A stretch of DNA of 63,148 nt, filler included, from Intoshia linei (Eukaryota > Animalia > Orthonectida), in assembly GCA_001642005.1 (NCBI GenBank). It is 6 parts of 6 records of this genome, joined end to end, with 100 filler letters (N's around TTAATTAATTAA, not from the genome) between each part and the next. Parts side by side here need not be neighbours in the genome. Positions count along the whole stretch, not along the records: positions 8,444 to 37,153 come from LWCA01000410.1; positions 37,254 to 54,093 come from LWCA01000836.1; 4 more parts are not named here. One strand, 5' to 3'. The position numbers were made by a program, and so were the translations under genes. How positions within the stretch are numbered: the stretch's first letter is position 1; the number at the start of each line of letters is the position of its first letter. This document shows, in pieces, positions 36,709-51,059 of this stretch. The notes beneath the pieces are model-generated. The model was not told where the DNA came from, did not search any database, and saw only the letters and a list, made by a program, of their open reading frames with translations.

Positions 36709-37153
36709 CAGTGTTTCTCAACCTTTAAAATACATTAATATAATTATAAATATTTAATTTTACCTTCATCAATATCTTTTAAACCTTCATAATCATAATC
36801 ACCATTAAAAAAATCTTTACCCTCAAAAACACCATCACCCTGTTCATTATCATGTACAATAACATGTTTTTTTTGGTATTCATATAATTCTGGGTTGAGT
36901 GTTGCAAAATTGGTCTTTATGAACACTAATTTCTGGACTTTGTCATTTTCTAGTCGATTTCTTAATTTACTATGTACAAATCCGAACTGCGAAAAATTCC
37001 TCTCGCTTGATGCGGATGAAGCGACCATTGAGTTTAATTTAATCGATTTTTTTTAATTCGTTAGCGTAACTTTGTCCCAAAATAATCTCATTTATTCTAA
37101 TCGCTAATGGTAAAGCAAATTCTTCACCGATAGTAAATGGCTTACTCGTTTTG
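36709..37153 (-). mobile_element. hAT remnant: TIR, C-terminal dimerisation-domain ORF (36744-37028) and a Buster-like fragment; cut by a gap
   Basis: CAGTGTTTCTCAACC terminus; ASSASSERNFSQFGFVHSKLRNRL...KLVFIKTN; KTSKPFTIGEEFALP next to the gap. Confidence 0.85.
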
Positions 37154-39259
37154 NNNNNNNNNNNNNNNNNNNNNNNNNNNNNNNNNNNNNNNNNNNNTTA
37201 ATTAATTAANNNNNNNNNNNNNNNNNNNNNNNNNNNNNNNNNNNNNNNNNNNNGATTCTAAAATTAATATGTTACGCATATGTGACTCTAAATTAATTTC
37301 AACACGATTTTCTAAATAAAATTATAGAATATATGTAACTGTAATTAATATACACACTAATAATTTTAATCAATTTTTACTTAATGTAAGTAAGTTTGAT
37401 AAAAATTATAAAATTAGTCATGGTGATTGTGCCTTCACATGATTTTTTCATAACTCATTAATAATGAGTCATTATATAGATTTGTTATATGTAGGGAAAG
37501 TAAAAGTTAATTTTTTATATGTTAATTAGCATGCAATTCCAGGCATGATCATACCAATATTATGTTTATTAGCTAATTAAAATTTTATAAAGTTAATAAA
37601 GTCATTTTTTTGAAATTGAAATTAAATACTTTTATTTCATTCTAAAAGTTTTATTTTTACAGGTAAAATAAAAAGAAAAACAACATATATGCCATTATGA
37701 ATAATTTAGATTCAAACAAGACCCCAATATTATATCATTCTCTAAGGAACGCTCCTTCTACATTCTACACATTTTATAATAGATTAAATAATTTGATAAG
37801 AACGTAGTTAACAGATAATTCCGAAATTTAAAAAAATCTATTATAATTAGACTATAAATTCGGTTCAAAATAGATATAAAATTTTACGGAGTTACGAATT
37901 GAACTTAGTATTTACGTTATACATTTATGGTATTAATAAATTGTAAATTATAATTACAAAACGGTGCTTCATTTTTATGTTCTGATAAATTAACACTTTA
38001 ATTAAAAATGATACAAGTATAATTATATAATTCTAATTAACACAAATAATTATATATTTTAATAATTAACTTATGTTTTTAAATTTTAACCGCATTATTT
38101 TTACTCACATTCGATAGAGTTTCATTTTCTGAACATTACCATGTACTTTAATTATTTTTTATTCAACATTGGCGTAGTTATGATGCATTCCTTTTGAGAA
38201 TGTATTTAAATATACAGTAAATTAAATATATGTAGTATATTTTATTTTTTTATGTCATAATATCTTAGTAAAGCCTTAAAATTCTATTTTTTATAATAAT
38301 TTTGTAATATCCTGAAAATATACAAATCAAACTAACAAACAACGTAAAAAGAAATATGGTAGCATATTTAAATGTATCGTTTTTATTATTTATGACAGGA
38401 ATAGCTCATATAGAGAAATTGTATTATAAAAGTGAAGGTTCTGAATCTGGACTCCTGTTTTAATTTTTTATAGAAATTTACCGTTAAAATAAGGTTAAAT
38501 TTTGTATAAATTATAATGTTATATATAATAATATATGTTATAATATAACTATATTTTATTTAAACATTACTGCATGAAAAGGCGTACGTAGGGAATTATT
38601 CAAAGGAGATTGGAGTACAAGCGTGTCTGATTACAGAAATCTTTGATTTGAATGAATTAATGGTTGATTAAATTGTTAATTCATGATATTGAATGTTCAA
38701 ATACGATAATTATAAATTACTGCAGTATGTTATAGCGGGTAAATTCTGGAAGTGCGGTTATGGGTTCACGCTGATAAATAATTTTAATTTAGCCACAATT
38801 GCCACCGATTTTTGTTAAAGTCACTAAATATCACTTATCACGAGTTCGAATAACTACGAAACTGACAATATCAAATTTTATTACATTATGTTAACATTAT
38901 AATAAAAAAGGTATTTATTTATACAAGAGGAGTTGGTAAAGGAGTCTGCCAGATGTGAGTAATTTTTTTGTTTTTTACGCAAGTGATTCCCAACACTTTT
39001 TTGATTGTGTTATTTTTTGGTTTTTTTAATTTATGATAAATTCGACTATTATACTGATTTGGTTTTCCTATTTTACAAAAAGCGTTCATTTTTGAACACG
39101 ATTTAATTTGTCGTCTTAAAAATATTTTAGATTACAATTTAAACTAAATAATAAATTAGGATTTGATACCTTTTAATTAATAGGAGACCTATAACAAATA
39201 TCAAACTGGCCTATACAATATTATTAATTTTTTTAAAATTCATATAAATATTTTATTAC

Positions 39260-42200
39260 CAGTATACAGGCGCTACCGACAATAATTGATATTATTATAC
39301 CTAAACAATAAGCATAAATAATAATTATAATTATAAATAATATACTTAAATGTATAAATATAAGCATATGTATCATTATTAGTTACATATATAATATACT
39401 ATGTTTTAATGCACTTATAGTTCCTATAGTCATTACATCAGTTTTTCATTTAGATAGGTAGAAAGAGTTAGAATAGCTGAATTAGAGTTGTAAAAAAATA
39501 AGAAAAAAACCGATTGAAATTGTAGAACCACTTAACTTGACGATATTTTGTAAATTATATATTATTACTTACTATTTATTTATAATTAAATACTATATAT
39601 GATTGTAAAATCTGATTGGAAGAAGTTGATATGATAACAAGTAAAATTTGTTAATCAGACATGTGGTATGTGGTCCCTACCTGTACTGTATCTACGTTAT
39701 GTAAGTCTAATGTATTTATAAATTTTACTTTTTGGAATGGAGCTATTAAAAATTGATGTAAAAATGTTTGTATGAAATTCTAAAAGTAATATAAATATGG
39801 TAAAATTAAATAATATAAACCTGAATCGGCTAAATTATCACATGTGACATTTGTTTTCCATGAATTATTAATACACTTAACACCACCAAACATATCCGTG
39901 TACATGCATTTTGCAAATGTAGTTCCAGATTTTTTCACCAAAATGATATTTTTACCCAATTTGTCTACATTACACAATCTTTCTAAAATTTTAGAGTAAG
40001 TAGATCAAATGGAATAATCTGTATAAGAATAATTTTCCTCATTTTAAGAATATTAATTATAATTGAAAAAAATATGAAATTTTTTTTAATAAAATAGTTA
40101 CCAATTTAATAAAAATCAATACCAAAGTGCTTTTTTCACACTGAATGTGTCACTTTTTGTGATTGAAATTGAATCTCGGTGTTTACTGTACGTAACTATA
40201 TAAATTTTAATTTTTTTTAAATTCTAGACGTGTTAATTTTTTAAATTAACGGTGACTTAAGTAAAATAGTTGAGTAAAAGAAATTTCCATTATTACAATC
40301 CTTAAAAAATCAAATTAAAACTAATATTTAAAGAAAATCTAATGTAAAATAATAAATTTTTTTATTGGATTTAAACTGGATTATCATATTACAAATGAAT
40401 CAGTGAGATATATCAGTATGATTTATGAAACCGTTACCTTTTACAACTAAAATGTATCTATTTAAATAATATTCATTATCATCTATTCCCGAATTGACCA
40501 TAGAAGGAATTTTGATTTTAATTTGATTTGATTTTGATGAATAAAATTTAAATATTTTTGAATCGTCCAAATTGAAACAAATATGATACGTTGAATTACC
40601 ATCGACCACAATAGCCCTACTATTGCATAAATTTGAATTTGGTATATTGTAGTCATATTTATATTTTATTAAATTTTCATATTTTATATTTGAATATTCT
40701 TTCATTGATTTCATAAATACTTGTCCATATTTTATTAGGAATATTTCCAACACATTTGATATTCCCGTTTTAAAAGTTAAGTCTATTGAATTTGTTTTTG
40801 ATTTACATTTTTCTAAATTTTTATTGTTGTTTAATTTTTCAATGTTTTGTAGATTAATGTAAATTTGATTTTGATGTATGAAATCATTATTTAAGTTGAA
40901 TTTACACTGGTGCCTTAATATGTCTTGGGTTGTTAATGCTAAATACATACATGTATACATTTATAATTATTTCTAAGATACAATGCATTGTAATATCAGT
41001 CATGAATAGCTGGTTATGGCTGTTATCGAATAAAAAAGATAAATGTGTGCACCGGCAGTTAATATTTAATATAATATATTAATTTATAATTTTTATTATC
41101 TATGCCAATTGAAATTTCTATAATATCATTTTATTGAACATAGAATTTTTAATTATGTATAGGTACGTAAAATTATTGAGAAATATGTACGGCACAGGCA
41201 AGCATATTAGCTTATTTGATTAGAATTTTGCGATGACCATCTTACCAGAGCGGTCATCATCCAGTCTATCAAATGTACTCAGTACATCTTTTTTTTATTA
41301 AAATTAGAAACACTATAATAAATATAATATTTACGAAAATTACCATTTAAACATGTATACTGAATAATTAGATAAGATTGTAGTTCGGAGCATGGTTGGT
41401 ATTTTTTTAGTTCATTGATAACCTTTAATAAATGACAAACTTTTTTGCCGGAACAAAAATTGCTAACTTCATTAGTAACTGTCTTTTTACACCCTATGAA
41501 ACCAAAATCCATCTAAGTTGGAATAATTATTTCACAATTTATTTTTCATTAAATATAGTATAGTTATATTACACGCGTTCTAATCTTCGTGTTGCGGTAT
41601 CATGGTGTCTACGACACAATTAATAATACTTTTTTCATTAATAAAAATTATATTATTAGTACGGTATACTAACTGTATTAAATTTATAGTAATTAAAACT
41701 ATAAATTCTAGCAGATTAATATTAAAATTATTAAAAATTGTTTAAAAAATATTCCAGAATTTATGTATTTTAAAACTATACGACTTTTTCATTTCAAATT
41801 AAAATAGTAATTTTGGTTTTTGACTAAAGCCTACTATTAATGAAAATGAAATTATTGATACAACGTTAATATCGAAAAAGTGTATTAGAAATTTTAAAAA
41901 AAGTTCTTACTAAAAAATACTTAAACAATTGTAAAATGTAGATATTCCATTTAATATAAGTAAAGGATAAATTTAGTGCCCACAAGACTACTAAAATTAT
42001 AAATTATTCTCAGCCACCAAAAAGGTGAGGTGTGCTCACCCTCACTGATGACCCTGTAATAGTACATTGCTACAACGTTACCTTAATTCCATTTATTTAT
42101 GTATGTACTATTTTATACCTTTTATTAGTTGTTATTTATTAATTTTTGTTTATTATTAACTTCTATTGTATTAGCACATTATCTTTAATCCTATGAATCA

Positions 42201-45058
42201 AGTGAATTACATATTTTATGAAAAGTGACATGATATAGTAACAGTCACAGTGCAACGACTGATATTGTTTGTTTTTCAAAAATTTTGAAAATTCAAACTT
42301 ATTAAGACATTTATTAGAATAATTTTTATAGTTTTATAACCCATGGTATATAATTTTTTGTAACTGTCCGTATAATTGGAATCTTTACAGATATTTTTAA
42401 TATTGAATCTACTTCAATATCGAAGAATTGATTATAAACTTACCCGAAATGACAAAATATTACATAATCACCAGAGCCGTCTTAAGCCATTTCGTGACCC
42501 TGGGCTAAGCAAAGGGTCGGAGGCCCTTTAAAATTTCGAGCGAAGCGATAAACAAAAAATTAGGTCCCCTGTTTAGAATACAGGGCATACTGTTAGTTGG
42601 ATACTTAGAGTCTTATTTCATTGAGTATTAATAAAAGCATTAAAAGATATTATGTAGATTTCTAGTAACTTTTATTTCTTTTACACAAACCCAGTTACAT
42701 TAATTAATGAACAAAGTTTACTTTTTCATTTGAAAATATGCACCATGCAGTCAGAGCCGTCTTACGCCACTCCGTGGCCCTGGGCTAAGCAAAGGGCCGG
42801 AGACCCTTTAAAGTTTTGAGCGAAGCGATAAAAAAATTTTAGGGCCTATTTTTAGAAGCTTATTTTTTGAAAATTAATAAAAGAAAATCAATGATTTCCT
42901 ACTTTCTTTTTTGAATATTCACTTAGGAAGGTTTTCATGTTTAATATTATCATTTAAAACAGTTTTTATGTCAATATTATATGATGAACATATATTTTAT
43001 ATTGAATATTTACCAGAACTTGAATTCTTTAAACTATTTTCTTTTTTGCTATTTGAGTTCCCACACTTTAAAAATTATAAACTGTTTCTCAAGACATAAA
43101 TGTGAAGTATTTTTTAATAAATTGGGGCCTTTTTTTAATATATAAGTGAAGTACTTTTATTAATTTAGGGGCCTTTTTTAATGAGTGGCCCTGGGCTACA
43201 GCCCATATTTCTCATGCCTTAAAACGGCGCTGATAATCACCTATAATACTGAAATATTCAATTTTTTAGGATAATGTATTTATTCTTATCATTATATTGA
43301 ATATCTAATTGTTTGTAACACGTTTTATCAACAATTTAAATTATACAAATTTCAACTTTAGGACTGTTTTATATTGCAAGTAAAATAAGTAAAGCTTTAA
43401 TCTCAGAATTTAATTAATAAATTTAAAAAAATACATTTGACATTTTATCAACACATTTACTTTTATATTTTCAAATACAACTTTATTTTTACAATTTTAC
43501 AATTTTTTATTTTTTTAATATACAATTTGATTTAAATTTTAAATTGAAAACTTTTAAACTAGAATTAAATTTATTATCGGTTATTTTTTGAGCTAAAAAT
43601 GGTGTGACCTACAAAATTATTAAATTAATTATTAAAAATTATTTTTGGCTAAAATTGTCTCTAAATAAGTTAAAACTAATGTTACGACTTTTTTATGGTT
43701 ACACTAAAAATTATTTTTTATTTTAAAGAGTTTTATATTGTTTACACATATTATGTTAATAATTAAAAATGGTACTTAAAACTGATAATCTTTGCATGGC
43801 TATAGCTAAAGTGGGCAAAAAAAATACGAACTATTAATTTTAGTTTATTTGGTGATAAATGTAAAGCCAAAACTACTTATCTATGAAGACGAATAAAAAT
43901 TTTCAGTTTAAAATTTATTCTAAATAAACTAAAAGTTATAGTACGTATTTTTCTGGCCACTTTACTATAGCATATACCCAGAGCTGAACCTATCAATCTT
44001 GAGACCGCTCGAAAATGAAAAATATACATTTAAAAATATTTAATTTAAAAAACGACCTCTCCAGGCCCTTAATTTGATATTCTAAAGTTAAAACACAAAA
44101 TAATTAAGGAATATTAATGATATTGAGGAATATAGTTTTTAAATGCTCAATTTGGAATTTTGAGATCCCAATTTTACTAAAAGTTCGTCAAGGCCACGAA
44201 GATGGGTGTCAGGCTACACTAGTTTTGGCACTACACCACCTTTTGTTTATTTTATTAGGTTCTTCACAAGAAGAGTTATATGTTTTTGCTTGAAAATCAC
44301 TTGCATATCCTGTCATGTGTTACTATGACAATTATCCCATAATAACAATAAAAATAGTCATAAACATTTTTAACAATTTCATCGATCAAGGGTTTTTTAT
44401 TTCAAGAAACACGCATTCTTCATAAAACAAGGTCTCCAGAGAGAAAGATTTTAATTATAATTTCCATTGTTAAGATTTTTATAATAGTGTCTAGATTTTA
44501 AATTCTAGTCTAGAACCAATCATATAATTTGAAATGTAATAAGATATTGTACCTCTTCTTTCTGGTAGTAGTTGTTACTCTATGGGGAAATAGGCATGTA
44601 AAATTAAATTATATAAACAATTTAACCAAAAATAAATCAAAATTTAGAAAAATATCAATATGTAAATAGGTATATAATGGTAAAGCCATTACCGTTATTT
44701 TTAATTATTAAATTTAATTTTAAATAAAATTGAAATTAACAAAATTACTTTGACACAATTTCCAATTTTCATTCTACCATATAACGCATTTTCAATATTG
44801 ATAATTCGATTTTCAATGCAGTGAATTGGAGCTGTTTCTCCATTGCAAACTTCTCTTTCAAAGGTTTCTTTATGAGATTGAAAATCTAGAAAAATAATAT
44901 TCAGGTTAATTCCATAATCAATTTTTTCAATTTAACAAACTACCAATAAATATTGTTACAATTATAAAAAAGTTAATATTGATTAATAAAATACCTTCAA
45001 ATTGATTTTCACAGTAAACAACTGAAACAAAAAAAAATAGACATGAGAAATGTAGCAT
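39260..45058 (-). CDS. Secreted or type I membrane protein with a SUEL (gal-lectin) domain, a CUB-like and a sushi-like region; exons ~44995-45058, 44748-44885, 41345-41512, 40438-40973, 39821-39983, further small exons, TM start 39260-39300; 3' end uncertain
   Basis: Signal peptide MLHFSCLFFFVSVVYC; EVCNGETAPIHC...IINIENALYGRMKIGNC..DFGFIGC...V...CSGKKVC....PCSELQSYLIIQYTC (SUEL Cys pattern); YSSKSNQIKI...YILVVKG; C..NSW; GIIISIIVGSACIL. Confidence 0.8.
42472..43232. mobile_element. hAT MITE with a duplicated left end (second copy at 42752)
   Basis: CAGAGCCGTCTTAAG / CTTAAAACGGCGCTG; perfect TSD ataatcac. Confidence 0.9.
43800..43970. repeat. MITE-like foldback with ~50-bp inverted arms
   Basis: CTATAGCTAAAGTGGGCAAAAAAAATACGAACTATTAATTTTAGTTTATTT versus AAATAAACTAAAAGTTATAGTACGTATTTTTCTGGCCACTTTACTATAG. 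Confidence 0.8.
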
Positions 45059-48000
45059 GATATGCAAAATCTTTTTAAATTGTAAATTTTATCTAAAAAG
45101 TGAAAATATATTGAAATTATTTATAAATGTAGACACTTTATATTTATCTCTTTAGGGCATTACGCGACGCTGTGTATATACAAAAGAATAGATGTAAATC
45201 TAATTTTTTGAAATGATATACCAAGTATAATTGCAAATAAAAAGCCACTTGAATTGCTTTGATAATTCCTAATTAAATTACAACAACTCTTTGTTTTTTT
45301 AATCATGTATAGTTTACCATTTCCGTTATGTTGAAATATTAAATTTTTCAGTCATGTTTATTTTATTTGTGACTAATATTGATGAATTTAGATTTTTATG
45401 TAAATACGATGTTTATAAAATTTAAAAATAATCAAAATTAAAAATATAAATTAAATTTAAAGCTACCGAAATAATGATTTATTTTTACTTAATTTGACTA
45501 GAATGGAGCGCATAAGTAACCAAAAACGATATTAATCTGGCACAAATTTTGCGGATATAACCTTTGAGCAAGGTGGTGCTTAGTTTATGTAATTTATATT
45601 TTCGATTGTGTTTCACTCTATGATAAATATTTCGAGTTTATGTTATTAATGTTAATACCGATCTAAACAATCATTAACAAATATATGCTGTTAAATTTAC
45701 TTTATTGTACATACTTTTTGTTTTATTTTTAGATTTATATTCGTGTTTTGTTTTCAGTTTATATAAAGCCTTTTTGTTTATGTATCTATTATTAAAATTT
45801 GTCACAATTGTGACATAATCGCAAATTGTTGATTAAGAAATACAGATTATAGTTTAATAAATCTCATATTGTAATGGGATAAATGAAAATTGTTACTCTA
45901 CTCATCACAATTAGTATCGGTAATATCTATCTTAAGAAAGTACTTACATGTTAATAAGTACATATGCTAACTTGAAAATAGGGAATACACTTTATATATA
46001 AAGAACATAATCAATATAAACGGTAAATAGCATTTTTAAAATTTTATATATATATTCATACAATGGTATAAAATGTTGCAAATACATTGTTGTATCTGAA
46101 TATGGAACTTAGTTATTTTTGAAATTTTAAATAATAATTAAAAAATTTAAAAAAATTAAAATTACGCAATGATTCAATATCATTATTACCACACTAGATT
46201 ACACGTGTATTATTATTAACATTAAAAATTAATTTTCATGGTTTGAATTAAAACCATTTTTTTAGCCGTGAAATAATTTTCGACTTTAGAGAGTCACGAC
46301 GCCAAAACGCTAGGAAACCTGTCTTAGAAGTGACATATTATTTTAAATAAATGAAGAAGCCAAACCTAATAGATTATACATTTCTAATTTGATAATTATA
46401 AAAATACCTAACGTTATTTTGTTGAATGCTTATCTTTTATCAAATTATTGTGTGTAATGAACTTTGATGTAAACATATTTCAATATACTCACATTTTACA
46501 CGCAGATGACAGTTTAATTTATAAAAATAAATAAACAATTCATAAAAACTGTATCAATGGATGAATCTTGACAGTAATTGCATGAAGCGGAAATGAAATG
46601 CAATTTTGGGAAGAGTAAAACAAAATATATAGACAATTATTGATTATAAATATCTGTAGTTGTAAGTGTAACTAATATATTTTTCAAAAAAATATTAATA
46701 TTATAATTGAGGTATAGAATCATTAATAAATGTGTAATTTGATATCTATAAAATGAATAGAAAAGAAAAATACGCAATCATGATTTTAATGGAGGCAAAA
46801 TGTAAAGAGACAAAAATGGGTTCAATTCAGGTCAATATATTTTAATCTATAGTAAACAGATTAATGTACAATTTAAACGAATAAAGCGAATTTTCACAAT
46901 TTCAAAAAATTTTAAATGACATTTTTCCACTTTTTCTTAAGACTAATCATGTATTGTTTGGTGACAAGTCAATTTTTTATATTGAATAAAGAGGTACATT
47001 TTATACATATCAAAATTTCAAATTTAGTTGCATGTACATTGTATATTATACAAGCAGGAAATGTTTATAATATATTCTTATATATACAACTCAATTTTGT
47101 TGATGATTCAAATTTGGTTGAATAATATTTTGTCTGAGAATTAAATGTATAATATCAAGTTGATTGCATTAATTTGATAATTACATGTCATATAAACTTC
47201 ATATGTAATTATAATGTATTCAAGTACAATGTACTTAGAAATAATAAAAATTGAAAAATTCTAAAAAAAATATTGTAAGCGACGTATTATTGAAAGTAAT
47301 TCAGTCATTAAACAGTGTTTAAAATTTTAAATGCCGTCTTCTTAGGGCTTTTACATATACAACAGTTTAAAATCCTAGATCGACTCGTTTTAGACACTAT
47401 GGTAATATCAAAAGACAAAAATATGTTTGAGTGTTAATTAATCTTAAATTTAATAGTCACGAAAATGTATTTCTTTGTGTATTACCGTTTAATTAATAAA
47501 TTAAACGTTTCAGAATTTTAAAAACCAAATTTTATCTAAAATTTCATTTTCAGTAGCTGGGTCCTTCATGTCAAAATAAAAATTACCTTTTTAATTTTAA
47601 AATTTGGGGTTTTGAACAGAAAAACATTTATTGTCTGTAATCAATTAAAAAGTCGTCTCTCGGAAAAGCTAGCTGCTGATTGTAAGAATTACCAAGCAGT
47701 TATGATATTCCTGATTTTTATAAAATAAATTAGGTAAACATGTATGTCAGGTTGTCTGTTTCAATTTATTTAAGAAAGTAAAACATGTAGAGTTTTAAAA
47801 ACACCAATTACTAATAATGATTTGCGAGAGTAATGTTTTATCGCCAATTTCATTTTCAGAAATTTAGTTTTTCAAGGTTAAGCAGCTAAATTACCATTTT
47901 TATTAATTAAAGTAGTACTAAAATTTACCAATACATTAATTCTGGGATAATTTTTTAAATAATTAAGATTATTGTAAATCTGAACGTGAGAGACTTACAT

Positions 48001-48676
48001 CTACATGGTGAAAACTTAAATTTACCCTTTTTTAAAAAATTAAAACATTCCTAGAATTTTAAAAAAAATCACAGCTAATACTGTTATTTTTAATTAAAAT
48101 ACAGCAAAAACAATAATTACACAAACTAACGCATTAGTACTCTAAAAAAAACTTTAAATTTGAATTCATTTTTTTATTCGATATCTATTTTACTTAATAT
48201 TATTAATATAATATTACATTAATAGTGAATGTCTATTTAGTAGTATGAATAAGAATATGAATATAAGTCATGAATGTCTCATAATTGTGATATTTTTATC
48301 AATTATTGAATTTTTTTGGTAGAATTAAAAAAGGCAGACATTGACAAAACTAGAATTTGTTTTAACAAAGTACATAAAAGTCAGGCAAGTGTAATAATAA
48401 AAATAAAAATTGTCAATATCGAATTTATTACTAAAACTGTACAAAGTGTTGTAAAAAACTAACAAAAAAATAAAATAATAGAAAAAATAATTTATTTTTA
48501 ATTAGTTATCAACTATTACATATATAACTATTACTAAGATATAATAAATAGATAAATTAATTCTTTTTCACCTTTTTTTTATCGTTTTTAAATTTTTTAT
48601 CTATTATAATAAAATTTAATATAAAATTAATATGTTTTATATAGTGGTTTTTAATTTCTTATTTATTTATTTATAT

Positions 48677-50295
48677 CAATGGTTCTTAACCTTTTTTGGA
48701 GAATCGCCCATTTTTCAAAAATAAAATTATCGCCCCATAAAGACAATCGATATTTTTTAATGTGCAAAGTTTATAAATGTGCACTGCATGTTATGCAGCA
48801 ATTTTTTTAACAGTAGAATTGATACGGAACACAATAAAAAAAGCAATTAATAATTGTTTTTTTGATATTTTAAAAAATATGCAAATGAAATTTGAGATTA
48901 TTTTTTTAACTTGATAGGAGCATATAAATAATATATACAAAAAATACGATAAAAACTGAGTATGTAAAAAAAAGAAAAATATATTATAATGAATAAATGT
49001 AACAAATTTGAAATGAGAAATATTAAATGGAATCATGAAATTATAAATGTTTAAGCTTTACAAAGAAAAGATAAAATTTATTATTAATGGCTAAACTGAT
49101 ATTGAAACTATTTGATAATTTTTCAATATCAGGAGCGATATTTGTTAAGCATAATCTTAAGTCACCCCGTTTTGATAAATGTAGTTTATTCCTCTTTTTG
49201 GATTGAAGATCAGTTACTACGCTAAAACCTTTCTCAACAAGGTAAGTAGATGGAAAGGCCAATAGTAAGAATTTCACTTCATTCCAAAGATTTGGATATT
49301 CATTCTTTTTTTTTAATATATAAAGTAGAGTAACCATTTTGTTTAAAAATGAATTGTGCCTCAATGTCATTTTGTAAGTCAATTAATTCTTCTATATTAC
49401 TATAAATTATAGTAAATTCGATGGAATTGAATTAACATCAACATTGAATGGATTTACTGCATACTCTGGTATTTTTAATTCAATAATCTTATGACCATAT
49501 CATTCTTTAACGATGAAGATGCGAACAGTAGCTAATGATATCATTTTCAGAAATAAAATATTTGTCTTTGAATGTATTTAAATTAACAAAATTAGTCACG
49601 TCATGTCTCTGAAATGCAGTCCGGTAAGATTCAAGTTTATTAACGAATTATAATACTACTTCCTTGGCCTTTATAAGACATATACTTTTTTGTAATTGTA
49701 AATTAACATTATTTAATTTTCCAAAATAAGCCACATCGCATTTTATATTAGCAAGTTCATCATATAATTTATCATTAATTTTCATAAAAAATTCAGTAAC
49801 AGAGCAACATTATAAAAACTCTTTAAAAAATTTTCTTTTCAAAGCATAAATTTAAGAAAATTCTATGATTTAATGATTGGGATTTTATTTTATTAACATA
49901 TTTAATAACCACATTTAGTGAGCATCCAATTTATCACTTAAATTTTTAGAAATCAACTGTTGGCGATGTATGATGCAATGTATTTCAAACAATTTCAAAT
50001 TTAATTTTTTTAAATGAGCGATAAACCCACGATGTCGGCCTATCATGGCAAGAGCCCATCAGTTGCACAAGCAATGACGTTGCTTATTGGAATGTTGTTT
50101 TCATTAAAATAGTATAAAACTGATTTGAAAATTGTGGAGCCTTTTGTATCAAGTTTTAATTTTGTAACAAATAGTAAATCATCAGAAATTTCTTCAGAAA
50201 GATCCCAACTGATGCGATAAAAATATTTTCGCCCCATTTGTTCATAAAAAAGCCCCAAGGGGGGGGGGCGCTATCGCCCAGGTTAAGAATCACTG
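48677..50295 (-). mobile_element. Buster/Charlie-type hAT transposon, internally deleted, transposase pseudogene
   Basis: TIRs CAATGGTTCTTAACC / GGTTAAGAATCACTG; perfect TSD atttatat; DTKGSTIF...IACATDG, IHCIIHRQQL, LLAFPSTYLVEKGFSVV...KKRNKL...RGDLRLCLT. Confidence 0.93.
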
Positions 50296-51059
50296 ATTTA
50301 TATAGTTATCATGTTTTTTTAAAAAAGGTTAAATTATTTTCAGGCGGAAGAAATTACAGCATTGTGCTCATTTTTTTCGATAATTATATTCTAAATAACA
50401 TTTGGGATACTTAGTAAAATATACTTTTTTTAATTCAACAAAAAATGTCAAAAGTGCACACCCTAATATATATATAAAATAGTGAATATTATAAAAATAT
50501 CGAAACAATCGCTTCAAAATTTGCATAGATAATCAATTAAAAATCACTATATATTAAATTATGATAAACGAATTACAGTCTAAATTAATGTGCATGATTT
50601 TTATTATATTATTATTATTGTAATGAACAGACATTATTGTTACTATGTTTTATCATCTACATTTAAATGAATTCACCATCTTGAAAATTGAGTTTAGAAT
50701 AAGCATTTAATTATATCCATTTAAATATATATTTTTTAAATTTCGATAAATACAAATTGTTTTTATTATTGCGTATTCATGATAATAATTANNNNNNNNN
50801 NNNNNNNNNNNNTTTGAAAATTGAGTTTAGAATAAGCATTTAATTATATCCATTTAAGTATATATTTTTGAAATTTCGATAAATACAAATTGTTTTTATT
50901 ATTGCGTATTCATGATAATAATTATAATACTATTAAACTACATGTATATAGTGTATTACAATCTATATTTTCAGGATTTTATTGAGACACATCACATTGT
51001 GCAGTGTGTACATTTTAAGGCTATCTACTTAGTGATTTTTTTAATAACATGTATATTAT

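Noticed and set aside
50682-50921. ~110-bp direct repeat flanking a short N run
   Set aside because: Typical unmerged contig overlap.
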